Positions 51,033-64,000 of a stretch of 64,000 bases of DNA are shown piece by piece. The notes under the pieces are model-generated. The model had not been told where the DNA came from. It saw only the letters and a program-made list of their open reading frames with translations, and ran no database searches. How positions within the stretch are numbered: the stretch's first letter is position 1; each line of letters starts with the position of its first letter. This DNA is from Octopus vulgaris. Taxonomy: Eukaryota. The translations under genes were made by a program, and so were the position numbers. The stretch covers positions 34,162,001-34,226,000 of the forward strand of contig OX597839.1 in NCBI GenBank assembly GCA_951406725.2, read 5' to 3'.

Positions 51033-51334
51033 AGTTTAACGTCCAGTTTCCCATGTTTGCATGGTTCGGATGGAATTTGTTGGGGGTAGATTTTCTACAG
51101 CTGGATGCCCTTCCTGTTGCCTATCCTTACCTGTTTCTAAGCAAAGGTAATATTTCAGAGAAAACGGAAAACGAAGGGCTCTGCTCATATGATGATGACC
51201 CTTGTTTATGACTGTTCTGTGATGTCAAGACATCAATTTCCCACCTTATAGAACAGGTATCAATGAAAACAATAAAAAAACAAAAACAATCAATGAAGAT
51301 TTATAGCATAAAAAGGCTGTAGGTAGGTAGAAAG

Positions 51335-53157
51335 GCCTGAGGTACATAAGAAGGCCAGAGGTACATAGGAAGGACAGAGGTACATAGGAAGGCCAGAGGT
51401 ATATAGGAAGGACAGAAGTACATAGGAAGACCAGAGGTACATAGGAAGGACAGAGGTACATAGGAAGGACAGAGGTACATAGGAAGGCCAGAGGTACATA
51501 GGAAGGCCAGAGGTACATAGGAAGGCCAGAGGTACATAGGAAGACCAGAGGTACATAGGAAGGACAGAGGTACATAGGAAGGCCAGAGGTACATAGGAAG
51601 GACAGAGGTACATAGGAAAACCAGAGGTACATAGGAAGGCCAGAGATACATAGGAAGGATAGAGGTACATAGGAAGGTCAGAGGTACATAGGAAAGCCAG
51701 AGGTACATAGGAAGGCCAGAGGTACATAGGAAGGACAGAAGTACATAGGAAGACCAGAGGTACATAGGAAGGACAGAGGTACATAGGAAGGTCAGAGGTA
51801 CATAGGAAAGCCAGAGGTACATAGGAAGGCCAGAGGTACATAGGAAGGACAGAAGTACATAGGAAGACCAGAGGTACATAGGAAGGACAGAGGTACATAG
51901 GAAGGTCAGAGGTACATAGGAAGGACAGACGTACATAGGAAGGCCAGAGGTACAGAGGAAAACCAGAGGTACATAGGAAGGCCAGAGGTACATAGGAAGG
52001 ACAGAGGTACATAGGAAGGTCAGAGGTACATAGGAAGGCCAGAGGTACATAGGAAGGCCAGAGGTACATAGGAAGGACAGAAGTACATAGGAAGACCAGA
52101 GGTACATAGGAAGGACAGAGGTACATAGGAAGGCCAGAGGTACATAGGAAGGACAGAGGTACATAGGAAGACCAGAGATACATAGGAAGGATAGAGGTAC
52201 ATAGGAAAGCCAGAGGTACATAGGAAGGCCAGAGGTACATAGGAAGGACAGAGGTACATAGGAGCATCAGAGGTACATAGGAAGGCCAGAGGTACATAGG
52301 AAGGCCAGAGGTACATAGGAAGACCAGAGGTACATAGGAAGGACAGAAGTACATAGGAAGACCAGAGGTACATAGGAAGGACAGAGGTACATAGGAAGGC
52401 CAGAGGTACATAGGAAGGACAGAGGTACATAGGAAGGCCAGAGGTACAGAGGAAGGATAGAGGTACATAGGAAGACCAGAGATACATAGGAAGGATAGAG
52501 GTACATAGGAAAGCCAGAGGTACATAGGAAGGCCAGAGGTACATAGGAAGGACAGAGGTACATAGGAGCATCAGAGGTACATAGGAAGGCCAGAGGTACA
52601 TAGGAAGGCCAGAGGTACATAGGAAGATCAGAGGTACATAGGAAAACCAGAGGTACATAGGAAGGCCAGAGGTACATAAGAAAATCAGAGGTACATAGGA
52701 AGGCCAGCGGTACATAGGAAGGCCAGCAGTACATAGGAAGGACAGAGGTACATAGGAAAGCCACAGGTACATAGGAAGACCAGAGGTACATAGGAAGGCC
52801 AGAGGTACATAGGAAGGCCAAAGGTATATGGGAAGGTCAAAGGTACATATGAAGACCAGAGGTACACAGGAAGATCAGAGGTACATAGGAAGGACAGAGG
52901 TGTGTAGGAAGACCAGAGGTACATAAGATGGATGGAGGTGTATAGACAGTCATAGGTACATTGAAAGGCCAGAGGTATATAGGAGGTACATCAGTAGATG
53001 ATAGGTACGTATATAGGGAAGGCCATAAGTATATAGGAGGTACATAAGTAGATTGTAGGTACATAGGAAGGTCATCAGCACATAGGAAGATCATAGGTGC
53101 ATAGGAAAGCCATAGGTACATAGGAAGGCCAGGAGGTACACTGGAAGACCAGAGGTT
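51335..53157. repeat. 19-bp minisatellite (ccagaggtacataggaagg)n, ~1.8 kb
   Basis: Constant agaggtacatagga core with a variable 4-5 nt junction; degenerates after ~52820. Confidence 0.97.
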
Positions 53158-53436
53158 TGCAACAAAATGCACAACCTCTGCAAACCTCTATTTTGGTCAT
53201 CATCTTCCTCTCAGCTCAGTTACTTGTTTCAATCACTGGACTATGGCCATGCTGGAGCATCACCTTCAAGGGTTTAGCCAAACAAATTGACCTTAGCATT
53301 TATTTGTTTTTTTTTTAACCTGGCACTAATTCTATCAACAACTTTTGCCAAACTGCTAAGTTATGGGAACGAAAACAAACCAACACCAGTTGTCAAGCAG
53401 TTTGGCCGAGGGACCGAGCAAACACATATACAAGCA

Positions 53437-54668
53437 GGAAAAACTGGACAATGGAAAATTCTAGAATAATTCCTTAATCCTGGAATAGTTAAATTTTTGA
53501 ATGGAAATCCAGTTGCAACTGGAAAATTCTAGAATATACATACATATATATATTGCTCCTATATATGTATATATATATATATATATACATATATAGGAGC
53601 AATCTGTTGGTTACAATGATGAGGGTCCCAGCCAATACAATTGACAGAACAGCTTGCTTCAGAAATTAATGCGCAAGTGGCTGAGCACTCCACAGACACG
53701 TGTGCCTTTAATGTAGTTCTCAGGGAGATTCAGTGTGGCACAAAATGTGACAAGATCGGCCCTTTGAAATACAGGTAGTACTCATTTTTGCCAGCTGAGT
53801 GGACTGAAGCAACGTGAAATAAAGTGTCTTGCTCAAGGACACAATGCATTGCCAGGAATCGAACTCGTGGCCCTGTGATCATGAGCCAAATGATGTTGGT
53901 GTGTCTACATCCCCATAACTTAGCGGTTTGGCAAAAGAGACCAGTAGTATAAGCACCAGGCTTACAAAGAATAAGTCCAGGGGCCGATTTGTTTGATTAA
54001 AGACTGTGCTCCAGCATGACCACAGTCAAATGACTAAAACAGGTAAAAGAATGAAAGAATATATATGCATGTTTGTAATTATATATATATACGCATATGA
54101 CAGGCTTCCTCATAGTTTCCATCAACCAAATTCACTCTCATGTCCTCTATTATAGCCGAGGGCTATAATAAAAGGCATTTTCCCCAGGAGCTGTACAGTG
54201 GGACTGAACCTGAAACCATTTGGTTGCAAAGCCAGCTTCTCAACCTTAACATCTAAGAATTAATTCAAATGGCCATCCTTTATCTCTTTAACCAAATTGG
54301 TCTGGCACCAAGTCAAAGGAATTCAATGACTGAAAGATGGAGAAACTGTCTTTTTCAGTTTCCTTTAGAAGTCTGAAACTGTCCAAAATCTCATAAAGAC
54401 ATTGGCATCGGATTCTGTATTCTGTGACCATGGACCAGAATGTGATATTCAAGGCAAATTGTTCCAGTGACTTGTCTTAATTGGAATCGGCAAAAATTGA
54501 AACTGTTCCAAGGAAATGATTGGTAAACTATTCATAAACTTATCCAATGATTCCAGGATTTGACCATTATTCTAGAATTTTCCAGTTTTAACTTAATTTC
54601 CATTCAAAAATTTTAATCTATTTTAGGATTTAGCCATCATTCTGGAATTTTCCAATGTCCACTTTTCC
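53437..54668. mobile_element. Non-autonomous DNA transposon with ~100-bp imperfect terminal inverted repeats, carrying nested SINEs
   Basis: ggaaaaactggacaatggaaaattctagaat...aaatttttgaatggaaat...aactggaaaattctagaata (53437-53536) matches the reverse complement of 54567-54668. Confidence 0.65.
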
Positions 54669-56254
54669 ATGGCTGCATGGATCAGAAAGAATTTGTTGAG
54701 GCAGATTTTCTGGAGCTGGGTGCCCTTCCTGTCTCCAACCTTCACCTGCTTCCAAGAAAAGTAATACTCCACCACCCTCATAGCCAGACATGTTTGTGCA
54801 GAAGATTGGAAATGAACAACAAGATGCCGGTCCCTTGTGGGGTTCAATACCAGCAATTTTTGAGGGAGTGGGGAGACAAGTCATTTACATCAACCCCAGT
54901 ACTTGACTGGTTCTTTGTTTTATCAACCCCAAAGGGATAAAAAGGCAAAGTCGACCTTGGCGTGATTTGAACTCAGAACCCATAGAGTGTAAGAAATGAC
55001 ATTAAGCGTTTCATCTGATCTGTTAGCACTTCTGTCTGCTACCCACCATTTTTTTGTTTTTTTTTGTTTTTCCAGCGTTACATTATCCAACATGGTCTTC
55101 CAAGGTGTCATGCAGTGGGACTGAACCCGGAACCATGTGGTTGGGAAGCCAACTTCTTACCCACACAGCCACATTTGCACCATTATAAAGATAAAATGCA
55201 ATTCAAAAGAGATTTAACTGTTGTTTCTAGCTAATCACGTAACCCTGCCATAGTTTCTTCCTGGTTTCATTGATCTATTGATTGACAGATTACGAGTTCA
55301 ATACAACAGCGGGATGGAGGGTAGGGTTTAGGTGTGTGTTTGGGGTGGAGAGTAGGGTGTATGAGCATGTGTACTTTTGCAATTATGCATGCCTCTGTGT
55401 GTGTGTGTGTGTGTGTGTATGTGTGTGCGTGTGTAAGTATGTGAATGTCTCTGTGTGTATGTGGATGTGAATGTGTGTGTGGGGGTGGAGAGATGTGTGT
55501 GTGTGTGTGTGCATAAGTGTGTGAATGTGTGTGTATATGTATATTTGTCTGTATGTGTGTGTTCTTTGGGAAAGTATGTGTGTGTGTGTGCGTATGTGTG
55601 TTTGTGTGTGGGTATTTGCATGAGAGTGTATGTGTGTGAATGTATGAGTGTGTGTGTGCGTGTGTGTGTGTGTGAATGTATATGTGTGTGTGTGTGTGTG
55701 TGTTTGTATGTGTATATGTGTGTGTGTCTGTGCAAGTCTGTGTGTGTGCATGTGTGTATTCTTTGGCAGAACACTTAACTTCATCTCTGAAGCCTCAGTT
55801 CATTTAGCATCCCCCACTCCCCCTCCTCCTCCTCCTCGACAAACTTTCCATCAGGCAAAAACCCTCCATTAAACGCTACATCTACATGTGACTACAAATA
55901 AAAAAAAACAAAAAAAAAAACAAAAACAAACAAACAACGAAAGCGGCAAATACCTTTATTGGTTGATAAACCTCGAGAATGGTGGAGATAAAAGGGATTA
56001 CAAATAATTGATCCCACGGTTGAGAAGCTAATCTATTGTAACAGGCCCCAGCTGTGGCATCTGTTTATGACAGGTTGACTGAGCTAAGGGTTGGTATAGA
56101 ATTAAGTGTACTTAGAGGGTCTCGCTTGCAAAAATAAGCAATGAATACATAAATGGGACAGAGAGAGAGAGTGGCGACACCTGGTCTGGAGTTAGGTTTT
56201 GATACAAGACCCGTGGAGTTTAGCCACACATAGATACATGCATATGTATATATG

Positions 56255-57040
56255 GGAGTGGCTGTGAGGTAGGAAGTTTGTTTCCCAACCACACGGTTCT
56301 GAGTTCAGTCCCACTGCATGGCACCTTGGGCAAATGTCTTCTACTTTTGTGGCACTACGTTGGTTACGACGACGAGGGTTCCAGTTGATCCGATTAATGG
56401 AACAGGCCTGCTTGAAAAATTAATTTGCAACTGGCTGAGCACTCCACAGACATGTGTACCTTTAATGTGGTTCTCGGGGGAGGTTCAGGGTGACACAGAG
56501 TGGGACAAGGCTGGCATCTTGGAAATACAGGTACGACGGAAACAGGTAGAAAGAGTGAGAGAAAGTTGTGGTGAAAGAGCACAGCAGAGTTCACCACCCC
56601 CTACCTGCTGGAGCCGCATGGAGCTTTTAGGTGTTTTCGCTCAATAAACACTCACAATGTCCAGTCTGGGAATTTAAACTGCAATCCTGTGACCGCAAGT
56701 TCATTGCCCTAACCACTGGGCCATTGAGCCTCCACGCCTTCTACTATAGTCTTAGGCCAACCAAAGCCTTATGAGTGGACTCAGTTGATGGAAATTGAAC
56801 GAAGCCCATTTTATATGTATGTGGGTGTGTCTTTGTGTTCGTATCTATGTTTGTCCCTGCCACCACTGCTTGACAACCAGTTTTGGTTCGTTTACGTCCC
56901 TGTAACTTAGCAGTTCAGTAAAAGAGTTTGATAGAATAAGTGCCACACTTATAAAATAAAAGGTACTGGGATCAATTCATCCAACTAAAAACTCGAGTGC
57001 CCCAGTATGGCCACAGGCAAATGCTGAAACAAGTGAGATA
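56255..57040 (+). mobile_element. SINE family A interrupted by a minus-strand family B SINE (56346-56737)
   Basis: The family A sequence breaks and resumes at duplicated cttctact (56338-56345 and 56738-56745), a likely 8-bp TSD. Confidence 0.85.
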
Positions 57041-57070
57041 TAGATAGCTTGATGGTTTTATATATATAAT

Positions 57071-58150
57071 TAAGAAACCCTCAAATAGGAAACTAGAGCT
57101 TATCAAGAAAAGAACTACATAAATTCTTCAAAAGATTTGGACTATCTACCTCTTGCTCACCTCTGTTAACTACCTAGACACAACCTGCAACCTAGCCACA
57201 GGACTCTATGAACCCTACATGAAACCTAACATGAACCTCAAATATATAAATGCTGCAAGTAACCACCCTAACTTTATTAAGAGAAGCTTAGTACATAGCA
57301 TTAGCAATAGAATATCACTCGTCTCTTCTAACATAGACATCTTTAACAGACATAAAGAAACCTATAACTCTACACTACGGAAAGCAGGATTTAAACAAAA
57401 AATCAAATACCAAAACCCTAATCACCCTATAAGCACCCCCAAATAACAGAAACCCATTCACTAATACTACGAACACCAACCACACACCATGCACCACCAG
57501 AAACTAGACCAACAATAAGATAATTACGGGTAATTTCAATATGAACAGTGCCAAGGCCCATACACAAACCACTAACAACAACAAAAATAACCGCAACAGT
57601 AATACCGACAAACTGATATTAAATAAGATTAACAATATTAACAAAACTAATAACACAAAATACGCAAATAAGTCCCCAAATAACATCAGCTACAAAAATA
57701 ATAGTATAAACTTATACATTGGTATCTATAAAACTAAAGTCACCCAACGAAGTAATATTAACCCTAATAATAGCAAAGAAACTAGGCCCTTGAACCCACA
57801 TGAACCCTACGATAATAACAACAATAGGACAGACAAGAGCAACATGAAAGTGAAGCATGACTATGGATATAACCAAGGTATGTACAACCATAACTTCACA
57901 CAAATCACAAACAAGGAGGGAAGCTTCTATACTAGGAAAAATAAACAAAATAGGGATAATATCTGGCTCGTAATCCCCTACACCATGCACCTCAAATCAA
58001 ATATAGTTCCCTCGTTAATGAAAATCATAGACAAACACCTAAACGTTAATAATAAGTAGATAGAATTATTTAGGAATAAAATGAGAATAGGCCACAGCCT
58101 GACTAATAACTTGGCCACAATAATAGCCTCAATGAATAATAAAAAGTTTG
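57071..58150 (+). mobile_element. Penelope-like retroelement RT thumb/linker pseudogene
   Basis: VNYLDTTCNLATGLYEPYMKPNMNLKYINAASNHPNFIKRSL..SISNRIS..SSNIDIFN...YNSTLRKAGF, then an Asn-rich linker, then RDNIWLVIPY...KSNI...MKIIDKHL...*IELFRNKMRIGHSLTNNLATII. These match PLE motifs YLD/PYxKP/SNHP and IIWFNPPY..IDKHF; internal stops are present. Confidence 0.88.
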
Positions 58151-58591
58151 GCAAATTCTATGAAACTAGAAAGATTGTGAACAATAAAAATAATAGGACT
58201 AAGCCCCCTCTCCACTAACGCAACGTCTCCTGCTAACTTAGGTACAGACCTGAATAATAATTGCTCCCCACAATACAACATGGATGTAAACACACCAGCA
58301 TCGGTTGTCAATCGATGTTGGGGGGGACAAATACAGACACACAAACACACACACACACACACAAAAATATATATTTATATACGATGGGCTTCTTTCAGTT
58401 TCCGTCTACCAAATCCACTCACAATAATAATATTAGGGAGTATAACTCCAAACTTACAGGGAAAAATTCGATTTAGTATTAAATCAAATTTCACAATATA
58501 AATATATAATATATATAAATTAGAGAAAAAACACCATTATGCAATTCAAACAAGGATAGACATAAATCAAATCATAAATATATTTTTTTAA

Positions 58592-59278
58592 AGAGCGTTG
58601 GGCCTCACTGAAGCAATGGCGAAGGAACGTGATCTCTGGAGATGTGCTGTGACTGCAAAGACCCGGGATGCTTCTGGCACCAGTTCCGCATAGCCCCTGC
58701 CCATTCAAAGTACTTTGGATCCCAGAACATCTCGCTGTGCTTGAGGAGACCTGTTGAGTCAAGTGTATGTACATGAACATCGAAACAAATATCAATGGAA
58801 ATAGTAGTTGTGATAACTGTGCTGGTGGCACATAAAAAGCACCATCCGAACGTGGCCGTTGCCAGCGCCGCCTCGACAGGCTTCTGTGCCGGTGGCACAT
58901 AAAAAGCACCATCCGAACGTGGCCGATGCCAGCGCTGCCTCGACTGGCTTTTGTGCCGTTGACACATAAAAAGCACCATCTGAACGTGGCCGATGCCAGT
59001 GCCGCCTTGGTTGGCTTCCGTGCCAGTGGCATGTTAAAAGCACCAAACGATCGTGGCCGATGCCAGACCCCCCTGGCACCTGTGCAGGTGGCACGTAAAA
59101 AGCACCCACTACACTCTTGAAGTGGTTGGCATTAGGAAGGGCATCCAGCTGTAGAAACACTGCCAGATCGGACTGGAGCCTGGTGCAGCCCCTGGCTTCC
59201 CAGACCCCGGTCGTACCGTCCAACCCGTGCTAGCGCAGAAAACAGACGGTAAACGATGATGATGATGATGATGATGAT
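58592..59278 (+). mobile_element. RTE LINE 3' end: ORF tail, 3' UTR tandem repeats, (GAT)n tail
   Basis: RALGLTEAMAKERDLWRCAVTAKTR, then five gtggcac.taaaaagcacc-anchored units and the family tail. This links the widespread (GAT)n-tailed repeat to RTE. Confidence 0.85.
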
Positions 59279-59282
59279 ATGT

Positions 59283-59445
59283 AGGCACAGGAGTGGCTGT
59301 ATGGTAAGTAGCTTGCTTATGAAGCACATGGTTCCGGGTTCAGTCCCACTGCATGGCACCTTGGGCAAGTGTCTTCTACTATAGCCTCGGGCCGACCAAA
59401 GCCTTGTAAGTAGATATGGTAGACGGAAACTGAAAGAAGCCCGTC

Positions 59446-59487
<42 letters not shown>

Positions 59488-59698
59488 GCTTGTTTGTGTG
59501 TCTGAGTTTGTCCCCCCAACATCGCTTAACAACCGATGCTGGTGTGTTTACATCCCCGTAACTTAGCGGTTCAGCAAAAAGGAGATGGATAAAATAACTA
59601 CTAGGCTTACAAAGAATAAAGTCCTGGGGGCAATTCGATCGACTAAAGGCGGTGCTCCAGCATGGCCACAGTCACATGACTGAAACAAGTAAAAGAGT
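59283..59698 (+). mobile_element. SINE family A, full length
   Basis: Family A motifs. Confidence 0.9.
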
Positions 59699-59885
59699 AT
59701 ATAACTAGATCACAATGTTTTATATAAACATATTTTATTTTTTATTTATGATTTGGTTTATGTCTATCATCGTTTGAATTGCACAATAATGGTTTTTTCC
59801 TCTAATTTATATATCATACATTATATATATATCTATGGTATTAATCAATTGTAGGAAATGAATTAATTATACATATTTCTCTAAA

Positions 59886-60015
<130 letters not shown>

Positions 60016-60051
60016 ATTATCATCATTATTATCATATCATCATCATCATCA

Positions 60052-60090
<39 letters not shown>

Positions 60091-60167
60091 CATTATTATT
60101 ATTACTATTACTATTATTATAATTATTACTATTTTTATTATTATTATTATGTACATATATATATATA

Positions 60168-60580
60168 GGCGCAGGAGTGGCTGTGTGGTAAGTAGCTTGC
60201 TAACCAACCACATGGCTCCGGGTTCAGTCCCACTGCATAGCATCTTGGGCAAGTGTCTTCTGCTATAGCCTCGGGCCGACCAAAGCCTTGTGAGTGGATT
60301 TGGTAGACGGAAACTGAAAGAATCCTGTCGTATATATGTATATATATATATATATATATAAGTGTGTGTGTATATATTTGTGTGTCTGTGTTTGTCCCCC
60401 TAGCATTGCTTAACAACCTATGCTGGTGTGTTTACGTCCCCGTCACCTAGCGGTTCGGCATAAAGAGACCGATAGAATAAGTACTGGGCTTACAAAAGAA
60501 TAAGTCCCAGGGTCGATTTGCTCGATTAAAGGCGGTGCTCCAGCATGGCCACAGTCAAATGACTGAAACAAGTAAAGAGA
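60168..60580 (+). mobile_element. SINE family A, full length
   Basis: Family A motifs. Confidence 0.9.
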
Positions 60581-61179
60581 GATATATTTATAGCCCATCT
60601 TGTTGAGTAATGTAAACAGGTGTACCAATTATTGAAGCGACTGTTACTAATTAGAGGTATGTAATCCGATCATATTTTATTCGTTTGCGTGATGACTATG
60701 CACACGCATGCATCTGTGCACAGGTATTTATGTACGGTCACATGTCTTTGTTTGTAAATATTTCTACTTGCAACATAGCTTTACAGATGGCACTCAATGC
60801 ATGTGCAAGAGTAAATTTATAGTGTGCAGAGTGATTGAGGCCACTGTGTGTCTCGTTACGAAGATTTTCATGTTCGAGGATGATTTGCAGGTGAGGACAC
60901 TTTGTGCTGAGGACCCTGCGTATGGTCAGAAAATGCAACAGGTTACGCAAACACACACACACACACACACACATACACACACACACACATACACACACAC
61001 ACACATACACATACACACACATACACTCACATACACACACACATACACACACACACACATGCATACACACACACATACACACACATACACACACACATAC
61101 ACAGACACACACATACACACACACACACACACACACATACACACACACATACACACACACATACACACACACATACACA

Positions 61180-61220
<41 letters not shown>

Positions 61221-61346
61221 ACACACATTAATAACAGTTTGACTCAGTTTCATATGATTTAAAGCTTCATAGGTTTGTATGAAGAATACAGATAAATAGA
61301 TAGATTCCCGTTTATCTATCTATCTATCTATCTATTTACAATATAA

Positions 61347-61379
<33 letters not shown>

Positions 61380-62190
61380 GGCGCATGAGTGGCTGTGTGG
61401 TAAGTAGCTTGCTAACCAACCACATGGTTCCGGGTTCAGTCCCACTGCGAGGCATCTTAGGCAAGTGTCTTCTGCTATAGCCCTGGGCCGACCAATGCCT
61501 TGTGAGTGGATTTGGTAGACGGAAACTGAAAGAAGCCTGTCGTATATATGTATATATATATATGTATGTGTTTGTGTGTGTGTGTTTGTCCCCCTAGCAT
61601 TGCTTGACAACTGATGCCGGTGTGTTTACGTCCCCGTCACTTAGCGGTTCGGTAAAAGAGACCGATAGAATAAGTACTGGGCTTACAAAGAATAAGTCCC
61701 GGGGTCGATTTGCGCGACTAAAAGGCGGTGCTTCAGCATGGCCGCTGTCAAATGACTGAAACAAGAAAAAGAGAAAGAGAAAGATATATATATATATATA
61801 TAGGCGTTGGAGTGGCTGTGTGGCAATAGCTTGCTTACCAACCACATGGTTCCGGGTTCAGTCCCTCTGCGTGGCACCTTGGGTAAGTGTCTTCTGCTAT
61901 AGCCTCGGGCTGACCAATGCCTTGTGAGTGGATTCGGTAGACGGAAACTGAAAGAAGCCTGTCGTATATATGTATATATGTGTGTGTGTTTGCGTGTCTG
62001 TGTTTGTCCCCCCAACATCGCTTGACAACCGATGCTGGTGTGTTTACGTCCCCGTAACTTAGCGGTTCGGCAAAAGAGACCGATAGAATAAGTACTAGGC
62101 TTACAAAGAATAAGTCCCGGGGTCGATTTGCTCGACTACAGGCAGTGCTCCAGCATGGCCACAGTCTAATGACTGAAACAAGTTAAAGAG
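61380..62190 (+). mobile_element. Two head-to-tail full-length SINE family A copies (61380-61775, 61803-62190)
   Basis: Family A motifs twice, each preceded by (TA)n. Confidence 0.9.
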
Positions 62191-62434
62191 TATATATATA
62201 TATATGTATGTATAGATAAAAAAAAATACAAAATGGGGCAAGAACGCAAAACATCCGGACAGTTAAGTGATACGAAAAAGGGACAACAAAATATCCAGAT
62301 AGATGATACAAGAAACACGGACGGGTCATTCGAAGCCTCTAATCTTCAGTCAAAAACAGGATCATCCTTGCAGTTTTGGCTGATTAATCTTGAGATTGCT
62401 CCAATCTGGCCAGCCCCAAGGAAAAACTAAGCTT

Positions 62435-62892
62435 CCATGCCAGTAGCACTTAAAAGGCACCATTCGAGCGTGATCGTTACCAGCGTCGCCTTACTGGCAT
62501 TCAAACCCCGTGCTAGTAGGGTATTAAGAGCACCATCCGAGCGTGATCATTGCCAGAGCAGCTATCTGGCCTCTTCCGTGCCAGTGGCACGTAAAAGACA
62601 CCATTCAAACATGATTGTTACTAGCATTGCCTTACTGGCACCTGTACCGGTGGCATGTGTAAAGGATTCGAGCGAGGTCGTTGCCAGTACCGCCTGACTG
62701 GCCCCATGCCTGTGGCACGTAAAAGCACCCACTACATTCTCGGAGTGGTTGGCGTTAGGAAGGGCATCCAGTTGTAGAAACTCTGCCAGATCAGAGTGGA
62801 GCCTGGTGCAGCCATCTGGTTCGCCAGCCCTCAGTCAATCGTCCAACCCATGCTAGCATGGAAAGCGGACGTTAAACGATGATGATGATGAT
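62435..62892 (+). mobile_element. RTE LINE 3' UTR with diverged tandem units and (GAT)n tail
   Basis: gcaccattcgagcgtgatcgtt units, then tggcgttaggaagggcatcc...gcggacgttaaacgatgatg. Confidence 0.8.
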
Positions 62893-62900
62893 ATACATAC

Positions 62901-63318
62901 ATGGTAAGTAGCTTGCTAACCAACCACATCGTTCCGGGTTCAGTCCCACTGCGTGGTACCTTGGGCAAGTGTCTTCTGCTATAGCCCCGGGCCGACCAAT
63001 GCCTTGTGAGTGGATTTGGTAGACGGAAACTGAAAGAAGCCTGTCGTATATATGTATATATATATAAATGTGTATGTGTGTCTGTGTTTGTCCCCCAACA
63101 TTGATTGACAACTGATGCTGGTGTATTTATGTCCCTGTTACTTAGCAGTTCGGCAAAAGAGACCAATAGAATAAGTACTGGGCTTACAAAGAATAAGTCC
63201 TGGGCTTACAAAGAATAAGTCCTGGGCTTACAAAGAATAAGTCCTGGGGTCGATTTGCTCGACTAAAGGCGGTGCTCCAGCATGGCCGCAGTCAAATGAC
63301 TGAAACAAGTAAAAGAGT
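62901..63318 (+). mobile_element. SINE family A with a triplicated 22-bp segment
   Basis: ggcttacaaagaataagtcctg occurs three times at 63181-63246. Confidence 0.9.
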
Positions 63319-63336
63319 ATATATATACATGCATAG

Positions 63337-63655
63337 CTGGTACTCTGTTGGTTATGATGAGGAGGGTTCCATTAGATCTGATCAACAGAACAGGCTGCTC
63401 GTGAAACTAACATGCAAGGTGGCTGAGTACTCCAAAGAAGTACGTGTATACCCTTAATGTAGTTCTCAGGGAGATTCAGTATTGCACAGAACGGGACCAG
63501 GCTGGCCCTTTTTGAAATACACATACTAATCATTTCTGCCAGCTGAATGTAAGGGAGCAATGTGAAGTAAAATGTCTTGCTCAAGGACTTAATGTGTCAC
63601 TAGGAATCGAACTCACAGCCTTATGATTGTGAACCAAATGCCCAAATCACTTATC
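63337..63655 (-). mobile_element. SINE family B
   Basis: Homologous to 53604-53890 and 56350-56736. Confidence 0.8.
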
Positions 63656-63912
63656 TACATGTGTGTGTGTTTGAGAGAGAGAAAGAGGCAATTGGTGTTG
63701 GTTTGTTTACACTCCTGTAACTTAGCAGTTTGGCAAAAGAGACTGACAGAGTAGGCAAGAGGCTTTAAAAACTGCGAAAGTGGGATTGATTTGTTTGACT
63801 AAATCCTCAGTGCCCCAGCATGGCCACCGTTTGTTTAGTGAATGAAATAGGTAAAAGATAGATGGAAGGTTGGATGGATTTGGTGGATGGATGGATGGAC
63901 AGACAGACAGAC

Positions 63913-63954
<42 letters not shown>

Positions 63955-64000
63955 GTAGAAGGATGGATGGATGGACAGACAGAAATAAATAAAGAAAGAT

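Noticed and set aside
51246-53172. MYLWPSYVPLAFLCTSGLP repeat proteins, or a CRISPR array
   Set aside because: This is a 19-bp tandem repeat read in rotating frames. It has no unique spacers and no cas genes, and the context is eukaryotic.
58820-59110. Repeat-spacer pattern resembling CRISPR
   Set aside because: The apparent spacers are homologous to each other, and the array lies in an RTE LINE 3' UTR.

Overview
Repeat-saturated, AT-rich eukaryotic DNA, not prokaryotic. The tRNA-derived SINE families and the extreme load of (TA)n/(CA)n/(TACA)n/(ATC)n/(GGT)n/(AAT)n microsatellites resemble an Octopus (coleoid cephalopod) genome; this is inferred from recalled repeat families and not checked by a search. 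Nearly all ORFs in the supplied track are microsatellite or SINE artefacts. The only credible host coding sequence is one 102-nt minus-strand exon (11970-12071, MSKKSIKGAYPLENYGAISEDFDDKVRILDSPEE, then GTAAGT), so the window is probably intron and upstream DNA of one large gene. Recognisable mobile DNA includes three SINE families, RTE, CR1/L2 and R4/Dong LINE remnants, two Tc1/mariner remnants, a non-autonomous Helitron, a long-TIR element and Penelope-like (PLE) RT and GIY-YIG remnants. The most notable signal not shown by the ORF track is a set of minimal hammerhead-ribozyme motifs from several unrelated short repeats. One has an intact core flanked by two alternative GUC cleavage sites 93 nt apart (21071-21179). 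Another has a compensatory G3-C8 swap of the normally invariant C3-G8 core pair (5478-5528, minus strand). Several near-perfect fold-back inversions are also present. All structures were folded by eye, and repeat boundaries are approximate.
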